Shown one piece after another: positions 57,664 to 64,000 of a stretch of DNA of 64,000 bases. Below the pieces are notes generated by a model that was given only the letters and a program-made list of their open reading frames with translations, was not told the DNA's origin and searched no databases. Each line of letters opens with the position of its first letter. Position 1 is the stretch's first letter. Source of the stretch: a virus. The stretch is from the IMG/VR virus record IMGVR_UViG_3300044634_004833, positions 90,942 through 154,941 of that record; one strand, 5' to 3'. Position numbers and translations under genes: made by a program.

Positions 57664-58767
57664 ATGGCTCGTACCAAATCTGCTTCTACTGTGTGGCTTG
57701 AGAATGTTTTGACTTCTAATCCTGATCTGCGTTTTGCAGAGGCAGTTGGCCATCCTGACTATGCCAGCAATGGCTTCAACTTCGATGCTGCGTATTTCAA
57801 CGCAATTAAGTGTCGATATAAGAAGTCCCTTACTGGGGCTGGTGTTGGTACTGGTGGGTCTGTTGCTGTTGTTTCTCCGTCTCAGACTTCCGTAACTGAT
57901 CGACAGAATTATGATTATGACTCTGATACAACAGAGATGATTCCATCTGTCGATCCGCACTATGTGCTGACTGGAGAGAACATTTCCTTCTTTGAATTGG
58001 TTCAGAAAATGTCTGATTCAAAGAATGTGAATGTGCGTCTGGTTGGGCCAGCTGGTTGTGGTAAGACTAGCTTTGCCAGCCAATATGCTGCAAAGTATAA
58101 CTTGCCTCTTATGGTTGTCAACTGTGCGAATGTGCGTGAACCAAGAGATTGGTTCGGCTATCGCAAGTTGGATCAAGATAAGAATCTTGTCTGGCATGAA
58201 AGTCTCTTTGTTAGGATGCTAGAGACTCCTAATGCTGTTATCGTGCTGGACGAAACGAATCGTTGTCCTATGCACACACTTAACACTTTGTATCCTCTGC
58301 TTGACCATCGTAGGTCTAGCTATCTTGAGGAGGCTAATCGTACTCTAACTGTTGCAGAAGGCGTTACCTTTTGGGCAGCTATGAACGAGGGCAATCAGTT
58401 TACTGGTACTACTCAGCTAGACGAGGCTTTTGCTGATCGTACTGGTCTGGTGCATGAGTGTAAGTTTCTTTCTCTAGAGGACGAGACACTTGTGTTGCAC
58501 AATCGTACTGGTCTTGATAAAGCAAACTCGTTAAAGCTAGTGGAGATTGCCGATCAAGTGCGTAAGAAAGCACTTATGGATAGTGGTGATAGCTTTAGCA
58601 AGCCTATCTCTACTCGTATGCTTGAGGAGGCTGCTGCTGCGTTTGTGATTGGGGGGCCTAATACTATGGTCTATACTCTGCTTAATCACTTTAGTTCAAG
58701 TGGTGGCACTACTAGCGAGCGTCATAACTTGAAGACTCTACTGACTGGTAAGTTTGGCCAGCTGTAA
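57664..58767 (+). CDS. MoxR/CbbQ/NirQ-type AAA+ ATPase (phage CobS-like)
   Basis: GPAGCGKTS, VLDETNR, AAMNEG, LDEAFADR, ISTR. Confidence 0.9.
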   Translation: MARTKSASTVWLENVLTSNPDLRFAEAVGHPDYASNGFNFDAAYFNAIKCRYKKSLTGAGVGTGGSVAVVSPSQTSVTDRQNYDYDSDTTEMIPSVDPHYVLTGENISFFELVQKMSDSKNVNVRLVGPAGCGKTSFASQYAAKYNLPLMVVNCANVREPRDWFGYRKLDQDKNLVWHESLFVRMLETPNAVIVLDETNRCPMHTLNTLYPLLDHRRSSYLEEANRTLTVAEGVTFWAAMNEGNQFTGTTQLDEAFADRTGLVHECKFLSLEDETLVLHNRTGLDKANSLKLVEIADQVRKKALMDSGDSFSKPISTRMLEEAAAAFVIGGPNTMVYTLLNHFSSSGGTTSERHNLKTLLTGKFGQL

Positions 58768-58788
58768 GGTTTTAGTTGTTTTTTCTGC

Positions 58789-58823
58789 CCCCTACCCATA
58801 TAACTTATGGGTAGGGGTTTTTT
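58789..58823 (+). terminator. rho-independent terminator
   Basis: CCCCTACCCATA-taact-TATGGGTAGGGG-T6. Confidence 0.88.
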
Positions 58824-58840
58824 CGTTGACGAAAACAACC

Positions 58841-58867
58841 CTGCGATAAAAAATAGATTATCTCTAG
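58841..58867 (+). promoter_or_regulatory. class A motif
   Basis: CTGCGATAA-N14-CTAG. Confidence 0.8.
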
Positions 58868-58906
58868 TGTGTGTGGTGGTAAGGTAACTTAAAGGAGGGC
58901 CAAAAA

Positions 58907-60991
58907 ATGAGCAATAATGATGATGGCTTGTTTGACTTTGACAATGAGGATTTGGATTTGGAGAAAGATTTGCGTGGCCCTTCTAAGTTTGATGCTTCAA
59001 GTATTCCAGATGACCACCCATATCTTCCACAGAATCAAAATAAGGCTCCGAAGACTTACGATGTTACCAACTGGCATGAAGGTCAGTTTGGTCAACGCAC
59101 TAGCTGGTACACTTCCTTCACTCCGATGAAGTCTACTTCAGAGTATCTCCGTAGTAGCAGCTATGGTAGCTATGGATATTATGATAACTATTCTTCTTAC
59201 AAGAAGAAAACTGATACTGAAGTTATTTTGCAAGAGCAATTGCATGAAGTTCTGAAAGAGCTTAACAAGACTATCAATCTTACCAGTAACTCTAATACTG
59301 GCAAAGAGGAAGTTCTTAATGTTAAGTATTCTAATGGCATGGTTGTTAATGATCTAATGTCTAACACTTTGTTTGTTTCTCCTAATGTTATGCTGGAGAA
59401 TGAAGAAAAATTAAAGAGTGGCGACACTTATTATGACTCTCTTGATGGTCTTAATGGTCAAGCTATGTTGTGTGCCTTTATGAAAAAGGGCATTCATGCT
59501 GATGCTAACATTCAGTACAAAGAGAGTGCGTCTTGGGCTACTCGTAATATCTTTATGTCAGATATTCAATCTACTGCTGCTGGTGAAGTGTTTAGCAAGT
59601 GGCCTGGCTTTATGAGCTATATCACACAACAGATGACTGTATTTGGTGTGCGTAAAGATGTAGTTCTCAATCGCTTTCGTCAGGAAGTTATTCTTCTTGA
59701 TGATCTAGTTGAGTGCCTTTGCTATAATCGTCTTGCACCAGATAAGATTGACTATAGTATGTTCGACGAAGAAATTGTTAAGAAGATGCTGCTTGCAGAT
59801 AAAGACTTCAACGATATGATGGATATTGATTGTGAGTCTGCTTTAAGATTCCAGAAAGCAATTCGCATCTATGAGAATGTTCGTGATATTCTCAATCTTA
59901 ATTCGATGGATTTGAATGCTAGGTTTAATGCTTCTGGTATGAGTGTTCCAGCAAAACCTACAGATGATAGTGTTGACGAATCACTTTCTGGCAAGAAAGA
60001 GATTAAAGATGAGCCTTCTGAATTGAAGCGAGACTTTACTGGCGACAATAGTTACAACAATCATAAAGAGATTGAAGGTGATATTGTCTCTGGTATTCTT
60101 GACCACAATAAGAAGATGAAAGAAAGACTGAAGGAGTTGGAAGATAAGTTGGCTAGTGATCTCAGTCAGATGGAGATTCTGAATGATGTTACTTACAAAA
60201 TGATGATTCCTCCAGTCAATAAGGAACAGATTGCTGATTATGATAACTATGTCCGTAGCAATCGTAAAGCTATCGACAGTATCAAAAATGGTATGATGTT
60301 CCATAACAATCATCCTAATGTCTTCAGTTATGGTTTGACTGATGGCGATATTGATGAACATGCTCTCTATAAGATTCACTTTGGAGAATGTCAGCGTATC
60401 TTTGAGCGCAAAGATATAATTGGTGATAAGAGCTATCATGTTACTTTGGTTATTGACCAATCTGGTAGCATGGGTGGAGGAAAGATTACTGAAGCTGCAA
60501 AGCTATGTATCTTGTTCTCTGAGGCTTTAAAGTATCTCAAAGCTACAGAAGTGTCTATCTATGGTTTTGAGACGCATGATATTCGCACTTGGGTCTATAA
60601 GGATAAGATTTATGATAAGACTAAGGCTTTGATTCATGCTAAAGAAGATGGTGGTACTGCAATGGGATACCATTTGGGTTCTATTGGTGATAAGGTACTC
60701 ACTCAGTATGGGGAGTTTGATAACAAGTTTATGTTTGTTATCTGTGATGGTGGCCCTACTCATGCACCTGAAGGTATGCACCCAAAACAGCATACTGCTA
60801 AGGTTATTCAGAAGTTGCGACAGAAAGGTATCAAAGTATATGGGATTGGTATCCTGAATGCTTTTGATGATTCTACTGGCAATGATATATTCGGTGAAGG
60901 AAACTTTACTGTAATCAATGATATTGCTGGTAGTCTTCCTGTCCTTTGCAATAGGATGCGTAAGTATCTGCAAAAGACTTCTAAGGCGTGA
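58907..60991 (+). CDS. VWA-domain protein (CobT-like MoxR partner)
   Basis: MIDAS motif IDQSGSM, GGT, ICDGGP, YGIGI. Confidence 0.88.
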   Translation: MSNNDDGLFDFDNEDLDLEKDLRGPSKFDASSIPDDHPYLPQNQNKAPKTYDVTNWHEGQFGQRTSWYTSFTPMKSTSEYLRSSSYGSYGYYDNYSSYKKKTDTEVILQEQLHEVLKELNKTINLTSNSNTGKEEVLNVKYSNGMVVNDLMSNTLFVSPNVMLENEEKLKSGDTYYDSLDGLNGQAMLCAFMKKGIHADANIQYKESASWATRNIFMSDIQSTAAGEVFSKWPGFMSYITQQMTVFGVRKDVVLNRFRQEVILLDDLVECLCYNRLAPDKIDYSMFDEEIVKKMLLADKDFNDMMDIDCESALRFQKAIRIYENVRDILNLNSMDLNARFNASGMSVPAKPTDDSVDESLSGKKEIKDEPSELKRDFTGDNSYNNHKEIEGDIVSGILDHNKKMKERLKELEDKLASDLSQMEILNDVTYKMMIPPVNKEQIADYDNYVRSNRKAIDSIKNGMMFHNNHPNVFSYGLTDGDIDEHALYKIHFGECQRIFERKDIIGDKSYHVTLVIDQSGSMGGGKITEAAKLCILFSEALKYLKATEVSIYGFETHDIRTWVYKDKIYDKTKALIHAKEDGGTAMGYHLGSIGDKVLTQYGEFDNKFMFVICDGGPTHAPEGMHPKQHTAKVIQKLRQKGIKVYGIGILNAFDDSTGNDIFGEGNFTVINDIAGSLPVLCNRMRKYLQKTSKA

Positions 60992-60997
60992 TAGCAA

Positions 60998-61031
60998 AAG
61001 GGGGCTGAGATAAAAACTCAGCCCCCCTTAG
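60998..61031 (+). promoter_or_regulatory. hairpin (terminator-like) overlapping class A variant CTGAGATAA-N14-TTAG (61005)
   Basis: GGGGGCTGAG-ataaaaa-CTCAGCCCCC. Confidence 0.7.
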
Positions 61032-61055
61032 TTGTCAAAAGAAAAGAGGTGTGCA

Positions 61056-61490
61056 ATGGTAAGTAAAGAATTCATTCTGGCAGGGAGAGCAATCTTCTCT
61101 ATTACTATACCAGAGGGTTTTGCTAAGAAGAATAAGATTGCCACCTCTTTCATCTACAGAGTAGCTAAGAAGCCAGACGCTTCTGTTTACTTTGTCAGTA
61201 TCATGGATGCTGCTAACAATGATTATCAATACATTGGTATGTTAAGTGCAGATACTGGTGAGGTCAACCTTACCCGCAGTTCGCATATCAACACCGAAAG
61301 TTTGGTCTATAAGCTAATCAATAGAATCCTACAAAATATTTGGGGTGGAACTAGCGATAAGATTATAGAGTCAGGATTCCAAGTTGAACACTTGGGCAAG
61401 TGTGGAAGGTGCGGATGCAAATTACTAACCAAAGAATCGATGGTTAGAGGCATCGGTCCAGAATGTCTAGCTATGTTAGGATTGAGCTAG
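61056..61490 (+). CDS. DUF6011-like zinc-finger protein
   Basis: CGRCG.KL...S..RGIGPEC. Confidence 0.8.
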   Translation: MVSKEFILAGRAIFSITIPEGFAKKNKIATSFIYRVAKKPDASVYFVSIMDAANNDYQYIGMLSADTGEVNLTRSSHINTESLVYKLINRILQNIWGGTSDKIIESGFQVEHLGKCGRCGCKLLTKESMVRGIGPECLAMLGLS

Positions 61491-61558
61491 CATTAAATAT
61501 AAACTATAAAGGTTCCCAGCCTCTTAATGGGACCGTGTACTTAATAAGGGGGTGCCCA

Positions 61559-62098
61559 ATGCAACCCGGGAATACTCACAAGGTCCTGATCAATAATAAA
61601 TGGCAAGGGGCAATCATAGTCAGGGAGAGACCAGATATCTATGAAGTAAGACTGAGTGATTCTAATTCAGTCATAGGCATTCGAAAATCGTTTCTAAAGG
61701 CCTTTCGACCCCTGCCCAAGGGACTTGGATCAGATAGCCCCCTGATCGCCCGTTTTAGGGCCATAAATTATGATGAGCTGCTTAGACTGGTGCTGCAGGC
61801 AAGCAAGTTCTTAGACCCCGGGGAAGTGCTCAAAATAAACCAAGATGGTTCGATATCTGATGGTTCCGGAGCTGTAACAATCAAAGTTGGGACAATGGAT
61901 CAGGTTACTGATGAATTCATTGAAGAGGTCCCAGCATGGGTTATTACTCTTAATGACCCATATGTTGGCACCAGCGTCGTAGCCACTTGTGTGGAGGCCC
62001 TTCCTGCTGCAGAGGCTTTTACTAAAGCTTGGTATCACAGAAAAGCTACTCTTTACTTCGATACTTTGAGACTAAGTACTTTTAGGATATTAGTCTGA
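61559..62098 (+). CDS. hypothetical protein
   Basis: AAGGGGGT SD; ATG 61559. Confidence 0.65.
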   Translation: MQPGNTHKVLINNKWQGAIIVRERPDIYEVRLSDSNSVIGIRKSFLKAFRPLPKGLGSDSPLIARFRAINYDELLRLVLQASKFLDPGEVLKINQDGSISDGSGAVTIKVGTMDQVTDEFIEEVPAWVITLNDPYVGTSVVATCVEALPAAEAFTKAWYHRKATLYFDTLRLSTFRILV

Positions 62099-62125
62099 CT
62101 GCGATAAAAAATAAGTTATTCCTAG
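62099..62125 (+). promoter_or_regulatory. class A motif
   Basis: CTGCGATAA-N14-CTAG abutting the TGA stop. Confidence 0.8.
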
Positions 62126-62155
62126 GGAGTATAACAAACGAAAAGGAGGTGTCGA

Positions 62156-62707
62156 ATGGAAACAACACTTAACGACAGGTTCGCAGTTGGTAAGGATGTT
62201 ATTGTTATGGCTACTAAAGCTGTTGGCAAAGTAGTAAAGCATGAAGGGGGCGAAGGGGAACTTCGTCAGACTAGAGTTTCTTTTGGGAGTTATGAAAAGG
62301 TCTACGATCAGTATTATCTGGCACCATATAAGAAAATCAGATCTGATGCTCTGGATACCTTTTGTTTGCTAGTTGACAATCTGGTTGAATCTATTAATAA
62401 TGTTTGCACTAAATTCAATCTGCCTAAAGTGCAATATAGTGATGGTCGAATTTTTGATAGTGTTTATGGACTGAGTTTAACTCCTACTGTATCATATCGT
62501 CATAGTATTAGTGGGTTTATTGAATATTGCTGTTGGGAGATGTCTATCAGCAGTACTATGTCTAAGGATCATGGATGGGATGGCACTATTCATGTTTTTG
62601 AAGAAATGAATGAAGTTATGACTAGCATTTATAATGCTACTAAGGTATATGTTGCGGAGTTAGCTAAGATCGCTGTTAATCATGCAGTTAATAAAGAATT
62701 TGAATAA
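62156..62707 (+). CDS. hypothetical protein
   Basis: SD AAGGAGGT. Confidence 0.75.
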   Translation: METTLNDRFAVGKDVIVMATKAVGKVVKHEGGEGELRQTRVSFGSYEKVYDQYYLAPYKKIRSDALDTFCLLVDNLVESINNVCTKFNLPKVQYSDGRIFDSVYGLSLTPTVSYRHSISGFIEYCCWEMSISSTMSKDHGWDGTIHVFEEMNEVMTSIYNATKVYVAELAKIAVNHAVNKEFE

Positions 62708-62717
62708 TGATTTAAAG

Positions 62718-62799
62718 AGCCACCGATTGGACTTGAACCAACAATGAGAAAACTCGCCGGTTTACAAAACCGGTCCCTTACCATTCGGGGCACGGTGGC
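62718..62799 (-). tRNA. tRNA-Thr(UGU) with long variable arm, CCA not encoded
   Basis: Acceptor GCCACCG/CGGTGGC; anticodon arm CCGGT-TTTGTAA-ACCGG; variable CGAGTTTTCTCATT; T arm GTTGG-TTCAAGT-CCAAT. Confidence 0.85.
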
Positions 62800-62821
62800 G
62801 TGATACTTTATTATAGTTCGC

Positions 62822-62848
62822 CTGCGATAAAAATCCAATACATCTTAG
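62822..62848 (+). promoter_or_regulatory. class A motif
   Basis: CTGCGATAA-N14-TTAG. Confidence 0.78.
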
Positions 62849-62868
62849 TTTGCAAAGGAGGGCCAACA

Positions 62869-63303
62869 ATGCAAACGATTCTTCATACTTTTCAATTCTG
62901 CGAACATAACTTTCATTATGTGCAAGCCCCTTGTCCTACATCCCACGCCGTCACCCATGAGGTGGTTGGCGTGACGAAGGATGATTCAGAGTTCCTCTAT
63001 TCCAATGAGGAACTACTTCATGCTGTTTTTGAATATGGCAGGATAATCTGGTTATCTAAGAAGGACGAACTAAAAGAAGAAAGTGTGCCAAGTATGACGC
63101 TTGATGAGGCTCAAAAGTTAGGCGAAGGCATGGAAGTTAATTATCAAGGCTATTCTTGTCTGATAAGGAAAGTCATGTTCTTCGGTGGGAACCATCCTTA
63201 CTGGATATTGGCCCCAGAGATGGGAATGCCGAAACAAATGCGTGTGAAGGTGGGAGGAGGCCCTATTAGCTATGCTGCTTGCCAGCCTGTTGGGCTGCGA
63301 TAA
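62869..63303 (+). CDS. hypothetical protein
   Basis: SD AAGGAGG; ATG 62869. Confidence 0.7.
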   Translation: MQTILHTFQFCEHNFHYVQAPCPTSHAVTHEVVGVTKDDSEFLYSNEELLHAVFEYGRIIWLSKKDELKEESVPSMTLDEAQKLGEGMEVNYQGYSCLIRKVMFFGGNHPYWILAPEMGMPKQMRVKVGGGPISYAACQPVGLR

Positions 63304-63340
63304 ATTTTCGAAGAATACTGTGGATTGGGAAAAAATGATT

Positions 63341-63350
63341 GCCGTATAAT
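63341..63350 (+). promoter_or_regulatory. class B promoter variant GCCGTATAAT
   Basis: Upstream of 63425. Confidence 0.55.
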
Positions 63351-63424
63351 TCCCTGTGCGGAGGTGGTCTCTGCACTAAGTTTAATCTGTGTTTGATTTT
63401 AAGTGTATAAAGGAGTATTAGCAC

Positions 63425-63934
63425 ATGAACCCTAAATTTGCCACCAACAATCGCTACGAAGATAATCCCCAGTTCAACATTGGTCTACTTGGCAAATTTG
63501 TTTGTCTAAGTTGCAACAAGAAGATGCTTTCTGACATTAAGGATATTATTTCCAATGATGGAGAAAGCAGCAAGGATTTTACTAACTTCTTGGATGATGC
63601 TGTAAGAATGATGGCTTGCGAAGGCACTACTTCGGAAACGGAAGAGTATCAGATTGCTCGGTTCGATGGTGTTTACACCATTCACATGACCCAGGAATTT
63701 GCAAAGGATGTTTCTTATTGTTTGTACGATATTCTAAGATCTCAAACTAGCAATCATCCTAGGGCCAATGTGGTGTTTGCTCTTAGCAAACGGTTGAACC
63801 TAGCTGCTGAAGGTGATTTCAAGGCACTTCAGACAACTGCTGCCGGTAGGCAGATGCCTCCTCCGATGCCTTACCCGATGTTTGGCTACTATCCTCCACA
63901 GCCCCGTGGCGGGAGGTTTAGTTATGGCCGGTAA
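63425..63934 (+). CDS. hypothetical protein with Pro-rich C-terminus
   Basis: SD AAGGAG. Confidence 0.75.
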   Translation: MNPKFATNNRYEDNPQFNIGLLGKFVCLSCNKKMLSDIKDIISNDGESSKDFTNFLDDAVRMMACEGTTSETEEYQIARFDGVYTIHMTQEFAKDVSYCLYDILRSQTSNHPRANVVFALSKRLNLAAEGDFKALQTTAAGRQMPPPMPYPMFGYYPPQPRGGRFSYGR

Positions 63935-64000
63935 ATTGATTAGGCTTCATAAGGTTAAGATTCGCAAACCTTTGGAAGTTTCTAATGGGAAGATGGTTTT

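Noticed and set aside
57664-60991. Cobalamin biosynthesis genes (cobS/cobT)
   Set aside because: No cobN or other cob genes are present; this is a generic MoxR-VWA pair common in large phages.
62718-62799. tRNA-Tyr(GUA)
   Set aside because: The CCGGT/ACCGG stem fixes a 7 nt loop TTTGTAA centred on G, which gives UGU; the acceptor stem is Thr-like.
50963-62848. Class A motif as a sigma28 (FliA) promoter
   Set aside because: CGATAA resembles the sigma28 -10 element, but here it is the upstream element with a conserved YTAG 14 nt downstream and no consistent TAAA -35 before it.
1-64000. Genome-wide stop-codon reassignment explaining the TGA at 32783
   Set aside because: TGA, TAG and TAA all end genes directly before terminators or promoter motifs (e.g. 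54750, 56290, 60991), and long genes are intact in code 11.

Overview
This window looks like part of a large, AT-rich, T4-like jumbo phage genome in the standard genetic code. A planctomycete host is a weak inference from one HEAT-type protein. It has two compartments separated by a G/C strand-bias switch at about 49.6-49.9 kb, where iteron/DnaA-box-like repeats suggest a replication origin. Left part (1-49.5 kb): genes on both strands. About 18 proteins start with a T4 internal-protein capsid-targeting-like peptide (M-x1-6-F-x-[EKD]-[WFY]-[LIV]..E), and many lie 4-6 nt behind a T4-late-like (C/T)ATA(A/T)ATA box. They include a UvrD helicase, a nucleotidyltransferase, an HExxH protease, ART-like proteins and a phosphothreonine-lyase-like protein. 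Also present: glycan-modifying enzymes, a mucin-like RCC1 adhesin, tRNA-Arg, a six-gene RM-like operon (2 N4/N6 MTases, ParB-like, SNF2, DUF3883, BglII-like), and a candidate selenoprotein (signal peptide, in-frame TGA, fdhF-like SECIS hairpin). Right part (50.9-64 kb): co-oriented early-type genes with strong SD sites, most behind a bipartite motif CTGCGATAA-N14-YTAG (16 exact-spacing copies in the window). It also holds a MoxR AAA+/VWA pair, an ORF-less IS200/IS605 mini-element that may express a TnpB-type omega RNA, and a tRNA-Thr(UGU) with a long variable arm. All family calls come from motif recognition by eye; no database search was run.
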